Source: Botryllus schlosseri (taxonomy: Eukaryota). From it: a stretch of DNA of 64,000 nt. This document shows, piece by piece, positions 13,600 to 27,099 of this stretch. Under the pieces are notes generated by a model that made no database searches, was not told the DNA's origin, and saw only the letters and a list, made by a program, of their open reading frames with translations. The stretch lies in NCBI GenBank assembly GCA_051294905.1, contig CM119377.1:15252001-15316000 (forward strand), in the 5' to 3' direction. Within the stretch, counting starts at the first letter, position 1; each line of letters opens with the position of its first letter. The position numbers and the translations under genes were made by a program.

Positions 13600-14830
13600 T
13601 GTCTGCTTTGGGATGTTAGGGGTCATTTTTGTGGAGGCCAGCAACAACTCCAAATACAAATGATAATTACTCTTCGTTTTTTGTGATGTGCGCAGAAACA
13701 TCAATCATTGCAGTGGAACGTTGTTTGTCGTCATTGGTTAAAGACAATGTGAGTATGAAGCTTTTTGCAGCAATAAAACCAGACTGCTCCTTCCACTGAG
13801 CTGCCGGATATTCAAGAAAACCACCGAAAAGACGCAATTTTTGTAAAAATATAATTGTTGTATTCTGTGTCGGCAAAAGTGTTCTCTGAAACGTGTTTAA
13901 AGCTAATAAATACACACTTTAATGGTTATTCTTCCCGTTACGTCTCTTTTATAGTCAGAACTATCTTGTCCGTGGTGCCCTTGTCCAGCTAGTCATCTAT
14001 CAACGCCAAGTCAATCAAACCCATCAGACGGAAACACAGTTGCCCTGTCATCTTCCTCACTTTTCAGCTGTAGGTATGTCGACATTTTTCGCCTGATGCT
14101 TCTGAGGTGTCTTCAGCAGCTTAAAGCCTTCACATTAATATTGGTTGTTGCCCATGATTCTATGTGGATACAGGAGTAACATATGCAGAGTTCCAATACT
14201 CCTCAATGATATAGCTCCATAACTATTTAAACTGCGAATGTAGAATCCCGACCTTGACAGTTAGATCATTTTTACCATCCATATAGGCCTTGGTGCACGG
14301 CTACGGGAGATTAAAAGTGGGTACATCGACGACGGACAGCTCCAAGGAAAATGAAGGTAGTTCTCTGAAATGATGTCTCGTATGAGTGACGTTCAGGGCT
14401 GTCTCCAATGCCTTCGCCATCTCATTTGTCATGTCAGTCACAGCAATGGGTGTATAGTGATCAGTTTACGAGTCCTCGAATGTAGTGTGGTTAATTTGAT
14501 GCCATATTCTTTTGAAGCGCTTGAACAAAAGAACATCAAGAGCAGATAAATTCGCCATGGCTTCCGAAAAGACCAATGCAGTCCAAGCATCTGCTTTAAA
14601 AGAAAGCAGATACCGTAATCCCCATCGGCATCGAAGCACACCCCTTCGATCTTTTCCCTTAAATCCGTATCTGTCCGGTAAGAAAAGACCCCATATGGTA
14701 ACTTTTGGACTGCCGGTAGCTGTGATTGGCCATTACTTGTCACTAGCACAGGCAGTCCGTCAATAGTGTCAATTCCAGTGACATCCGGGATCAGTGTCTC
14801 ATCGTACCGTGCATAATGCGTGGAAACTGT
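13600..14830 (-). pseudogene. Decayed hAT-like transposase (hATm-type)
   Basis: Frameshifted peptides YDETLIRDVTGIDTIDGLPVLVTSNGQSQLPAVQKL, LREKIEGVCFD and NDDKQRSTAMIDVSAHITKNEE. They match recalled hATm-type motifs (WDGKLLPD.TG..VDRLPV, KI..MCFDTT, NDTAERG...ITKNEEQ). Family name from memory. Confidence 0.65.
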
Positions 14831-17136
14831 GGGTCAAACTAATATTTAATTTGTTCGGGGATTACGATACGATACTGCTGTCGGAAGGGGAAGAAGAACT
14901 ATTAAAGCGTGTAATTATTAACTTGAAAAACATTCGGTAGAAGACTTTAATCAACTTTACGACGAATAAATCACCAATTATTGAAAAAAAACTTGCGTCT
15001 TTCCGATGGTTTTCATGAATATCCGGAGACTCAGTCAAAGGTGCATTCTGGTTTTATTGCTGCAAAGATCTTCATACTCACATTGTCTGTATCCAACGAC
15101 CACATATAACGTTCCACTGCAATGACTGAGGATGTTTCTGCCCATCTCACAAAGAACGAGGAGCAACTGTAGTTTGTATTTGGAGTTGTTGCTGGCTTCC
15201 GCAAAATGTGCCCTATACCCTCAAGCAGACATTATATACTTGGCGACGTAATGATATTGGTCATCGTGACACCCCTGCCAATTATCAGCGTTTACCCAAT
15301 CGGGGTAACCCAGACTTTCAAGCGTTGGCCCAATAGCAAATATTTAAGTGACTATATATGTGTCCTATACCTAGTATGGGTAGAATTTCGGATCCATTGA
15401 GCCACCTCTAAATATTAAGGAATATCAATAAAATTTTAAACAGGGTGTTTTTTAACCAAACGTAACATTTTGGCAGGGTCAGACCTACAGCATTCCAAAA
15501 TTCGTATTTCAAGGACCACCCTAATACATATTACCATAATTAATATATTAGTGATGTACATTGCACATAGGACATGGTATAGGCGGAAGTGATAGGTAGT
15601 GAAGTGCTTCAACAACCAAGGCTTAGCCTATATCTTTTCTACTTAAGCAAGTGGATATATGATCAGATTACTTCCACTTCTATTTAACAGTTTCTATAGA
15701 AAATGTACTTAGCTTTACTATATTGAATTTGCAACGTAGAAAGTACTTTTTGAGGACGTTTGCATAACTTTAACCAGAGAAAATCACAGCCGGGCTTAAT
15801 TGTTATTGCATCACAATATTGAATATACAAATTCGAACATTTAACCGATTTTTAGTGTGATTCATCACTTTGCGTTAGTTGTGAAGATGCATTCTGCAAT
15901 CTCAAGCGTAGCCCACCTTCGATGTATTACTAGAACTATGCCTCGCCTCGACCAAATCCAGACTAGGTCACAGATTTTGTACTACGTCAATACCAATGGC
16001 AAACAATGACAATGTTGTTTGTTGTTAATCTTCTCTGCAAGTATGGTAATCCCAGACTGACTATGCGTATTGTATTCACCTTTATACGTGCTTATACGAC
16101 TTCTGGCTCTCGATTCGCATGTTCCGCGTACAAGGCTATATACGCAACTTGTATCATATAGTTACGAGCTTCGAAGGGAATTCCATACTGAATTACATTT
16201 GAACACAAATTTTAATCGCAGGATTGTCGCTAATATTCGCTTCGACTTGGAATGTATGGAGAATTTATGTCGGAATATGTTTGTTGTCCAAATTATGCCC
16301 ACCTCATTGGAAGTCTGTATTTTCCATTTGTAGTAAATAGCAAGTGATTCGAACTTCGATAATCCAAGGTCTTCAAATTGAATTGTATAGGCGAACGAAT
16401 GAAACGCAATTTAGCATATTTTTTATTTTGCTAGCGATTACCCCCGACGAGTGCCAACCGAAAATATTCTGGTTTATTTCAATATGAATTTATTTTTTAA
16501 TTGAATTGTATATTATTGTTCTGTACCTCCAAGAAGATTTTCGCGAAACCGGACAATCTTTCTTTGCATCAGCGGAATCGCAATGTCAGCAAAAATAATT
16601 GTTGAGAGCATATTGCTAATCAGTTAGAGTAAACTGCTGCAGTTGAGGCTTGTAGAAAGACTTGCAAAGAACACAGTTTATTTCCGAATGCTCTAACATC
16701 CCCAAACGTTGATAACGCAGTATTGCCACAATCTTGCAATTCAGTACAGCATAATATGCCAACATTTCCCGATAAGTTGAAGATTTTTGTTCCAATAGTT
16801 ACGACCTTATGTAGATTTCTTCAAAAGTAGCGTAAAGGGCTTCATGTATAATAGCCTACTGCAGTTGGCTAATGCTATTCAACTAAAGGAGGGCTTAGCT
16901 TGACAAATCGAACATATTTCCCGATCATACGTGGAACCCCGATAGACACCTTATGCATGCTGGTCTCCTTACCTCAGGGGTGGGCAAACTACGGCCCGCA
17001 ACACCGTTCTGTGCAGCCCGCGAGTGTCTAAAGATACTAATTAAAAATATTGAAAAAAAGGCGTACTAAAAATCGAATTATTGCAGGGATTTGATTAAAC
17101 TTTTTCTTAGTATATTTCACCATGATAATTCTACGG

Positions 17137-17330
17137 CAGTGGTTCTTAAACTGGGGAGATCGCCCCCTTTGGAGCGTGAAAGCGTCTGAAGTGGGGCGCG
17201 AAGCTGAGCTCAACTGAAAATGTTTCTCGCGCTGGGCGCGATTTACATTAAATTCAAAATTGAATTATTGCTCTGTATTTAATTTGAATTTCATATTTTA
17301 AAATCTCACATGAACAGTCGTAACCTTCCC
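17137..17330 (-). mobile_element. Partial copy of the 318-bp CAGTGG hAT MITE
   Basis: cagtggttcttaaactgggg...gcgcgaag...gcgcgatttac matches the reverse complement of the right half of 57394-57711. The right boundary is approximate. Confidence 0.7.
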
Positions 17331-17582
17331 CGTCATCAAACTACATAATTCGGATCACGAGTGTGATTTCAGATTGGCCAAACTAGTTTTAATTATTTAG
17401 GTTATTTGCTTTAAAAAAACGATTCGCGCGTGTCTTAGGTAGATTCATTATGCGTAGTATAAAGGTATTTATATTTTATCTACACATAGTAGAAGAACGT
17501 TTGCAGCTAACATGGTTAATGATGCTGTCAGCATTGTGTGTCCTGGAACTGAACCAAAAGTGTAATTAGTAAATCTAATAAC

Positions 17583-18318
17583 TAGGGCGTTTTTTTTTGA
17601 CATGTCAAAATTTGTCAAAATTTTGTCAAAATTGTAGCGTTAGGTCAAAATTTGTCAAATTTTTTCATAAAATAAAAAACAAAATTTGACGTCTGCATTT
17701 TGTTTGTATTGTAGATTTAGCACTGTCGGTGAACTTATAATTTGATGTTTTACCGCTTTTAGCCTATTTTATAGGCCTACCGTTGTAAACGGCTAATCGT
17801 CTGCTCATTGTGAATCATAAACGGTAAAAAACACAAATAATAGGTAGACATGGAGTTATGGTCAACGTATCGCAATATTATAACTGAAGAAAGACTTCTT
17901 GTGCATTGCATCATTCTTATATTAAGAAGCACACGATAAAAAATTGTGATGTAGACAACATTGTCAGAATGAAGCAACACGGTGTGTCACCAGCACCACA
18001 GCAGTGTACGCACAATTTGAGTGTTGTCGGCCAACAACTGCTGCTGTAGAACGTCCTTGACAAGCAAGAACGTGCACTTTCTACCCAAGAATGTAGGAAA
18101 GCATCTCTCGTTGTACTACAAAATATTTTAAATATTTTTACCATAATACATATTGCAACCACTGGAATTCTTCATAGGGCCAGATTTCGTTAAAATATTG
18201 TTTTTTTCATGTAAAAAAATGCCCGTTTCTAAGCCAAAAACGTTTTTTTCAGGCCAGTTTCAAAATTTTGATTTTTTAGGTCAAAATTTTCTTTTTTTAG
18301 GTAAAAAAAACCGCCCTA
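17583..18318 (-). mobile_element. Non-autonomous hAT element, family H1 (inverted copy, nested)
   Basis: TIR tagggcg...tttt; perfect TSD ctaataac; homologous to 988-1867 in reverse; lies inside element 16975-18649. Confidence 0.9.
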
Positions 18319-18835
18319 CTAATAACAGATAACTGCTCACAGATATAAATTTCAATCCTATTCTAAGAATAAGGACAACCGACTTTCATCTCTATAGTTT
18401 CGACAAATTGGTTATTGAGGTCGACTAGCCGATAAAATCTCGCCACCGTTTCTGACACGTGTACGAGATCATCACAGCAATGTTTGGTTTGTTCTAAATA
18501 AGCATACATATTATCTCCATGTCCTCGCTATATAATCAAATACCAATATTGCGTTTTGGTTCATAATTCCAATTTTATATATAGTGCGGCCCGCAGATGG
18601 ATTCAGATGTTGAATGCGGCCCGCGAGCTCAAAAGTTTGCCCACCCCTGCCTTACTTCATCAAATGCTTTCTTCAATTAAGCCAGTACGTTTTAGCCACT
18701 AATAGTCTTTCACATAAGGTATTTTAAATTCTTATTTTATTATATTTCCTGTTGTTCCAACTATAGTAGTCTTGAAACTACAAGTGGGTCACTGAAATTG
18801 ACTTGTCGGGTCAATGGTTCGCCATCCCTGATTAA

Positions 18836-19684
18836 TAGAGCGATTTTTTTGACCGAAGGAAACGGAAGATTTTGACCTAAAAAATCAAAATTTAGACGTT
18901 TTTTACCTTAAAAATCTTAATTTTAACCAAGTTTGACCAAACGTATGGAAATTAGGTGTTTTCCCACATAATGTTAAAATTGTACTACTCATGTTCCTTT
19001 CTGGTTGGAACTGTCTGTCCACACGAAGTAGTTTGGCCCGAAAAAAGTCTTTACATGAAAAAACTTTATTTCTACGAAATCCGGCCCTATGAAAAATTTC
19101 AGTAGTTACATTACGCATTATGGTAAAAATATTTAAGATTTTCGGTAGTACAACAAAAGATACTTCATTCTCGGGTAGAAAGTGTCTGTCCTTACTGAGT
19201 AGCTTGCCAATAATGGAGAAAGAACGTTTAACAGCAGCAGTTGTTGGCTGACAGCACTGAAGTTGTGCGTACATCTGCTGATGACAGACCGTGTTGCTTC
19301 ATTCTGACAATGGTGTTTACATCACAATTTTTCATCATGCGCTTCTTGATATAACAAACTTGTAATGCCTACTCAGTCTTGCTTCAGTTGGGATAATACG
19401 GTACGTTGAGCATAACACCATGTCAACTTATTCGTTTCATTTGAATGTTTATGATTCACAATGAGCAGATAATGGACCGTCTACAACGCTAGGCCTATAA
19501 AGTAAGCTACACGCTGTAAAATGTCAAATGACAAATTCATCGGCAGTGCAGAATCTACGATACAAGCGAAACGCAGGCTGCAAAAGAGTTTCAAGTTTGT
19601 AAACAATTTTGACATTTTATGACCTAACGCTACAATTTTTACCCAATGTTGACTTTTTTTTTGCATGTTAAAAATATCGCTCTA
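18836..19684 (+). mobile_element. Non-autonomous hAT element, family H1
   Basis: TIR tagagcgat/atcgctcta; TSD ctgattaa/ctgattag (7/8); colinear with 988-1867. ORF 18903-19274 shows CQPTTAAVKRSFS. Confidence 0.9.
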
Positions 19685-19989
19685 CTGATTAGTCAATCAA
19701 CAATTTATCATTTATTTGTCACACCAGCGAAACTCCGGTACGGTCCAGGATGAACTCGAGGGGCCGCGAGGTCTTGGTACACAGTCGCCACCTGTAGGAG
19801 TGTACACATTCCAATCGATGCGGGCGCATAACAATGAAAATGAATCTACAAAACTACGATAAATCCAGATAAAAAAATCAACAAGGATACAACGAGCTAT
19901 ATGCATCAAAGTTTGGGACTGCAGTGCTGGACTGAGTCTATAGTGCAGATTTCACAGTACTTTACAACACATCAGACAGTAATTGCAAT

Positions 19990-20480
19990 ATCGGCATTAA
20001 TCAATAGTCATATAATAAATATTTCCGACAACGTTTTTTAAATAGTTGATCGGGAAATTTCCGAGTTCTACTGGTAGAGAGTTCCGGGTAACGGCACCAA
20101 TATAATAGAAACTTTTCTGGGAGGACGATTTAGATACAGGCGGAAGGGACAACCCATTTGATGAGGCACAACGAGTGAAGTGCGAATGTACCGAGGCAAA
20201 AGTAGTGAAATGTTTGTCAAAGAATGGTCTATTATGGTGGAAAATATTGTACATAATTTTTGCCGTGTCGTATTTTATGACGTGTGTCACTCTCAGAATA
20301 CCATGTTTTTTGTATTCTGGGAGCAGTCTACAACGGATGCCTCACCACTACGTGCCCGTATAGCAATAATTTGGATAGTGATGATGGGCTTAGGATATGT
20401 AGCATGTGTGTGGGGGTTTTTGCATTAGTTGCTTGTTTGGTCAAGAAAAGGAATATTAAATTAGCTTTAAAATTGATCAA
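19990..20480 (-). mobile_element. LINE (CR1/L2/Crack-like) 3' ORF2 remnant
   Basis: ORF 19997-20290 (KYDTAKIMY...HSHFTR...LSLP...SQKSFYYIGAVTRNSLP) matches the post-RT C-terminal pattern of CR1-group LINEs. Confidence 0.7.
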
Positions 20481-22655
20481 GTTTATTCTGTTAAATACAT
20501 CTCTGCGTTGCTGAAATTATAACGAAAAAGTTGGTATTGCAGCGGCATCGATTCTGTTATCTGTAATCGGAAAACTTTACTTCGAGTATTGCACCCCCCC
20601 CCCCATCTACAATCCATACATCAAATAGAAAATATATACTCACGGATTTCCACTTCCAAGTAACCAGACATGATCAAACTTCCTAATTTCAGGATTCTGA
20701 TTCCCACTCATAGCTTGGCTCCGGGACTGTATAGTTGAAGATTTAACGATCCCAGATATTCATCGACTCCACGCGGAATTAACGAAAACCAACGGTCTTT
20801 ATAGTCTCTGAGGTATATATCGTCACAATTGCGACGCCCATGCGAACAAGTTGATGTCCTTCGCTGTTGACAAACGACAATACACGAACTGCATTCAAGC
20901 CTACGAACGAATATTCCACCGAAAAACTGTCGGTGTGTACACAGGTGCAGCTGCATCATTAGAACGTCCCGTCTTGCTTCAACCGTCGATTGTTAACATG
21001 TAACATTCGACAGTTTGACTGTTTGTAGTAAAGAGGTGAAGCGAGTTGTTTTACATGCTTCTATACTCGATTTAGGCAGGATTGCATTCGATTGTCAGAC
21101 ATTATAGTTTTATCTTTAGAGCGACTGCATTATCCTGGACCTTGCGGAAATAGTGCAGGATTGTCAATCCCTACACTATACAGCGTGTGAAGTTCCATTT
21201 CGATAACCAAGTCAATTTCGGGGAGGCTTTTGGATTTGAGAATAATAAATCCTCTCGTTTTACACTGGTGATGATTGTCGGTTTGATCGAATGATCGATT
21301 ATTATTCAGAGCCCAACAATAATTTTAACCGGTTACTTCGGCTTTCAATCGTCGACATTGTATTGACAAACACAATTATCACGACCCCAAGCCTTTGGGG
21401 CTTGTTAGACTCGGATCACGAGCACGTTCGCCGTACTATATCCGTCAAAACGGAAGTGCATATGACGACGCAATATTGATGATGCGAATTTTGACACGAT
21501 ATAATACACGGGGGATCGCAAATCCGCCGCTTCGTATGCCACACGAGCTAACTAGCTATACACATCGTAATAACCACGATGCAGTGGAAACTATGTGCTG
21601 CAGAGGTGTTAACAGCATAACACTGGTCACCTCGGGGACACGCCAGTTTATCCTTTATAATAAACGGAAGCCGTCACCTATGCTATCCGTAAAATCGATT
21701 GGCGCCCTATAAATCGTCGTTCCTATGGATAATATAGGATCATTAATTGCATCGGCACGTCGCGGAAACATCTGTATATACATACATATTGTAGTTCATT
21801 TCCGCATATGAACAACTCATCACTTGTGGCATAAGAAATACATCGACTTCTAATCCGCGACATACTTGACCCAGAAGAACCATAGGGCAGATTGAGCCGT
21901 GCCATTTTGTTATCGACATCAGCATTGCAAAGTAACTAAAGCCGTGTACACGCTCGTAAGAAAGACCAACTTTCTATTGCGACATCAATTGCATCTAAAT
22001 ATTTGCCACGTATATACTAATACTGATTAATTCGCGCATCGGTTATGCTTCATTGATGTAATATTTTTACATGCATATCCATTGAAACAATATCATTCAT
22101 TCTTTGCGTAGCCGGTTTATGTCCGTTGGAGTTCAGGAATTCTCGCTAAAAGCAGGCAACTTTGCATTATGAATGCAATGTAGTCAATATTGGTTACAAC
22201 AGGGTCTATATCACCAACCCGAAATTTAGAAGTCTTTATGAAAAAGACGGTTTATACTTGGTTTATGAACCGGTGTTCAAAGTCCATGTCCATTATGTAG
22301 CAATGGCTGAACAATATTAGCGAAGCTGACGAAATTATGTCTTTCTGTTTAAAAAATTGTTCGGCCCTAAAAATGCAGATATAATATTGAAAAATAACGT
22401 TCGGCATTTTATTTGGTCAGAAACCGACACAGGCCTCAAAGGAAAGTGTATATGAAATGAATTCGTGTCCCTTCCCATAGAACGCCTCTGACGACGAGAA
22501 TATTGCGTTTGTAACACAATGCTGTCGCGTCATCTAAAACAGATACATGGGTTAAGGTTCATTGTCCCCACTAACTGCAGATCAAGTTTCCATGATGTGA
22601 CATAGTGGAAGGACCATATTGGAATCTTATATTGTGTCATTTCATGGTATGCGCC

Positions 22656-23202
22656 TGGGGTTGCATCTAAAACAAAAATCATACATGTATAAAATAAGGC
22701 CCTTGTTGAAAAGGTATTTTTTATTGTTTTTTTTTCTAGTCATAATGTCATCATTCCTTAATTGTGAAGTCACAGTGGATTGACAATAACAATTGAAAAT
22801 ATGGATTAAATATGGATCCATTATCTGACCACTCTCATAAACAGACCAAAATATCTTCAAACATGACTACATCGTTATATGCAACATTTTGACGGTCGGC
22901 GGTCATCATCATCAGAACACCCATTCGGTACCAGCTCTCTATATCTACTTGGTATAACTGTCGAACCGATAACGATTTCCAGGGCTCCAGGTACTCCATA
23001 TCGTATACGTCGACTATATTGGGTTCAAATCGCACGTAGGCTCATACCACATGTTTTTTCAAAATTATTTACACAATTATGGCATGATTATACAACGTTT
23101 GAAAAAAGCACATTTTTTTTAAAAGTCATTTGTTTAAAACACTGTTTAAGCAAGTTTTAAACAGAGTGTTTTAAAACACCGTTTGTTTTAAATGCAACCC
23201 TA
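22656..23202 (-). mobile_element. hAT-type MITE family M1
   Basis: Termini tggggttgcatctaaaac/gttttaaatgcaacccta; TSD tatgcgcc/tatgccct (6/8); internal homology to 59959-60359. Confidence 0.85.
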
Positions 23203-23581
23203 TATGCCCTGAGCTCGAATGTCATTGGCTAATTGCAAAACTCAGGAGGAATATAGTAATTGCATAAAGGGCTAGGCAAATGTACCACTGTGACGGGAAA
23301 CAATGATCGTGTTGAAGCAGATACAGTTACAGCTACATGTACTAGAAATTCATATCACACGATTCAGAATAGAATCAGTCAGGTACTCGATTTTTCCTCG
23401 TTCTTCAATCGTATCTAGAGCGCAGGAAACTCTGGCATCGCCATTGCGAATGGTATTATGCAGGATCTGCATTGTACAAATGTAAGGCATGTGGCAGTGC
23501 TAAATACTGAGCTTTTAATCCGATTCTAACTTCAATGTTTCACAGTTAGGAGATTCAGATGCACCAATTTGAAGCACTGCG

Positions 23582-23953
23582 GTGTTGAAACGGCCGGACA
23601 GATTTCGCAGGGCTTTCCAAGCGCGAGACATTTACGCACGCTTATCCAATCAAGAAATCGCGATTAAGTCGCTTCAAATGGTGATGAGCCCACAAGCCAC
23701 CATATCAAAACTGCTAAACCTGTTGCACTACAAAAACAACAATCGTCTTAACAGTATATGTGTGCTTGAGATTATCGACGCCATTCAAGAAATTCGTTCC
23801 TGTCCCTCTGATCTGGATCATGCCGTCCAAATGGTGAGGATTATCCCAGCGAATAACGACGGTAGTACACGGTCGCCCCGATTCCGCAGAACATCCCTGA
23901 CATCGATTTCCCGAAGCCGTGAACTGCTGACGATATATTTCATGCCTGATTAG
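23582..23953 (+). pseudogene. Possible decayed hAT transposase C-terminal fragment
   Basis: 123-aa ORF with weak resemblance (LEIIDAI...LDHAVQMVRIIP) to the region preceding the hAT dimerisation motif. Confidence 0.25.
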
Positions 23954-24849
23954 AATTTAGTCTGTTTATCTTGCGTCGTGATGTGTGGTAAATCTGTGTT
24001 CTTACCGTGATCGTGGTGTCAACGCGGGTTTTGTTAAACAAACCGTCATAATCATCATTTCTTGGAACTATCCCTAATTACCCGAGGGACATACGCTCAT
24101 ATTCACTTAGCCTGTGGATAGAGTTTCCTTATGGCGTACAAAGCAATATGCATATTTGATGATTATAGCAAAAAAATTGAAGTGGGTTCACTGTTTTCGT
24201 GTAGTTAGTTGTTTGTAAGTCCAAGGTTCGATAAAACCCCGTGTATGTTAAAGCATTTGCAATACATGACCCTAATTAAAATATAGTCAGATCACCTCAG
24301 CCAGTTGACACTGATTACGAAGCGTTGGCAAGTCAAATTATTTCTAAACCTTGTTAATCGAGATTACTGTAGAATTATGGAGGCTCGTCAAGATTATAAT
24401 CAAGGCAATCAGAATCACTGATCTCCATCTCAACCGAGCGATCCAGACACCGACGTAGCTTATCCATGCAAAATGCAAGTTCAAGCCCAGGCTTCTGCCG
24501 TAATCGCATTGTCACCAAACAAAATGTACGTTAGCCTTGTAACATTTATATGTATGGCGTAACAATGAAATGTTTTGGAATATTGTTATTTGTGATAAAA
24601 TGATTTACGGGATTGACCAAAGCTTGTGAAGAGACAAGCTGCTTTGCGAATCCGCAATCCGCAATTATTCGTGGATCAGCGGATATATCGTATGAAGGAA
24701 TTCTATAAATCGCTACACTAAATCGCAAAAATATGCAAGTACACTAATTTAGCTGATTTCGCTGCGCCATTGAACCTAAAATGAAGTTTTTAAAGAGAAC
24801 AAATGAAGTACAGTTGACGTGACAGCCTCGAAAACTCCTCATTTCAGCG

Positions 24850-24950
24850 GTGTTCGTCGACTACTATGGTCATTTACACCAGACCAATATTATTTTTTTA
24901 ATTTTGTTCCGTAGCCGCCGACTTGTAGCACCGTCCACTTCTAGGCTTAT
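24850..24950 (-). mobile_element. SINE-A 3' fragment
   Basis: gtgttcgtcgactactatggtcatttacaccag...gccgacttgtagcaccgtccacttctagg. Confidence 0.8.
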
Positions 24951-27099
24951 ACTTTTTACTGTTACACTCGTTGCTACAATTACGTCGCAGAGTGAAAAAT
25001 TATATAATCATTGCATATATCAGTTCGTTGAAAGAAACGAGCCCTTATATTGACTGTCCCGTTGATAATGATGCGACCATTCATTCATTTCTCGCCACCA
25101 TTTCCATTTTAACAGCAGCATCGCTTTGCGATTTAATGCACAGCAGACTGTGTAGCCGATTCCATTCTAGAAATAGCAAATTCCTTCTAGGAAATCAAAT
25201 CCGATTACTAAGTGACGCCTGTCTTTCATTATGACACTGTAACACTATTGTCGTAAAATGATCGGGTGCTATTGTTTTCACGTCTCAATGTCTGTTTATG
25301 CATGCATAGTTGCATATGCACTTATCAAAGTTAATCATTCAATTGCCTGTGAATAATGATTAGTGTTAAACACAGGCTTGACGAGTTTGTAAACGAGTCA
25401 ATGGCGTCTTAACATATTTTCAGTTATTCATGTACTAATCCCACCCACCACTCATAAAATTATTATCGGAGAACTAGAGTAACGAACTAAGCGATTTTAA
25501 CCTAATGTATCAAAGCCAGTTCCGGATTAAAATGGCACGGATGCTACACTGCTGAAGTATATTTTAATCAATATAAAAATCCCTTATACATTTTCAGTGT
25601 ACGAATTGATCTGATTAATTGATCACAATCGTGAGAGTGAACTTGCGATCCTGATTGCCACTCCATATCATCCAATACGCGACATAGATCATCATCGATT
25701 TTTTGTATACAAAATTCAAGACTCACATATGAGGCTACAGCGTCTGCAATCTTTTATACGCCTTTTCAACATATGCTTGTGCAGACACGTATAAGTCTGG
25801 GGTGTTTACAAAATATGGACTTTTATGGTGACATTAGCTCTACCAACACCTATCCTTCTATTGGTATATGCTGGTGGTCATGTTTCATGGGACCTACAAT
25901 TTCCTCTGCACCCTGCTTGGTGTACCTATTCTTTTTACTGATCTTTGATTCCGCCCAAGGCCCAGAGTAATGAGAAATCACTCTCGTGTAATGACATGCG
26001 GGGGCAGATCTTTAACATTCGTGGACACTGCATGTTCAAATCCTTTCCAGAATGTCTTGCTTTTTTCGTTTGGAATAATTTCATGGGCCTAATGGTGTTG
26101 CGTTTTGCCTTGATTTGATAGTATTTTCCCGGTTCGGTTTGGGTTTTACGTGGGGCCAGTTATGCAGCTTGTGTTGAGGTACTTCAGTTTGACTCGGGAA
26201 AACGTCCATACGATACTGGAAGACTTCAAATGGAGCTGCAAAGATGCTGTAAGATAGGCCGTCCTGCTACTGCTCCCACACGCGGATTCTACCGACACAT
26301 GCTACTTCATTTTCATCGTTTGTCATTTTTATATTATCTTTTGTTACTTTCAATTCACTGAACTCTACGTGCCTCTCTCTAACATCTATATACTGGGCCA
26401 AAATAGGTGTTTCAATGAGAGACTAGTACAAGTCGTTTCGAAGCCTGCATTCGTTTTAATTTTTCGCAATCTTTGTGCTGTTTTGAAATCATGAAATAAT
26501 CGATGAATTGAAATGCAAAGCAAAATTCACACTGTACATTATTTCCCGCAAAATGCTGATGCGGCCCACTGTTTTATGTTCCTTCATCAACTACAGGAAA
26601 TAGCGCTAAGACGGGATGCCGTCAAATATATACATAAATGTAGGTGTGAGATCTGACATGTTAACTTTTTATTTTTGCAATCGGACTCGAACAATTACTA
26701 TATTTTCTACGAAATAGAATCGCATTTGATACACCAACATATCGTATTCGTGTCAAGGGAAACAATACCTTGTCGATATTTTTTCCCGGATTCTGTCGAC
26801 TCCGTCTCTATTGAAACCTTGTCATTATGTAAATGTATTGCGATGCTCGTTTACGAAGATATATTGCTGTTTTGTAATGGCATTACCTGTTATTAGACGT
26901 AATGGATTCCTAGAACTATAACCTATAAGGAATATTTGCAATAATAATGCGATTAGAGTCAGGGTCTGCGAAATGAATACCCGATAATGAGAGGTATGTT
27001 TGTATTCCTCGGCTACATTGTTGCCGGCTTGCGATGTTCGCTATTCTCGACAGTAGCGAACAATCATGTCTGTTTGGATATGACAAACCATTTCACATC

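Larger units (their letters stand above)
13015..15523. mobile_element. Foldback-like hAT (hATm-like) derivative: two transposase 3' ends in inverted orientation
   Basis: About 630-bp inverted arms (13317-~13940 vs ~14886-15523). Right terminus reads tagggtggtcct on the reverse strand. The 8-mer atacatat lies immediately outside both termini (13007-13014, 15524-15531). Confidence 0.7.
16975..18649. mobile_element. Non-autonomous hAT (Charlie/Chaplin-like termini) element carrying nested insertions
   Basis: Perfect 16-bp TIR caggggtgggcaaact/agtttgcccacccctg; subterminal gcggcccgc motifs; TSD ccttacct/ccttactt (7/8). Confidence 0.88.
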
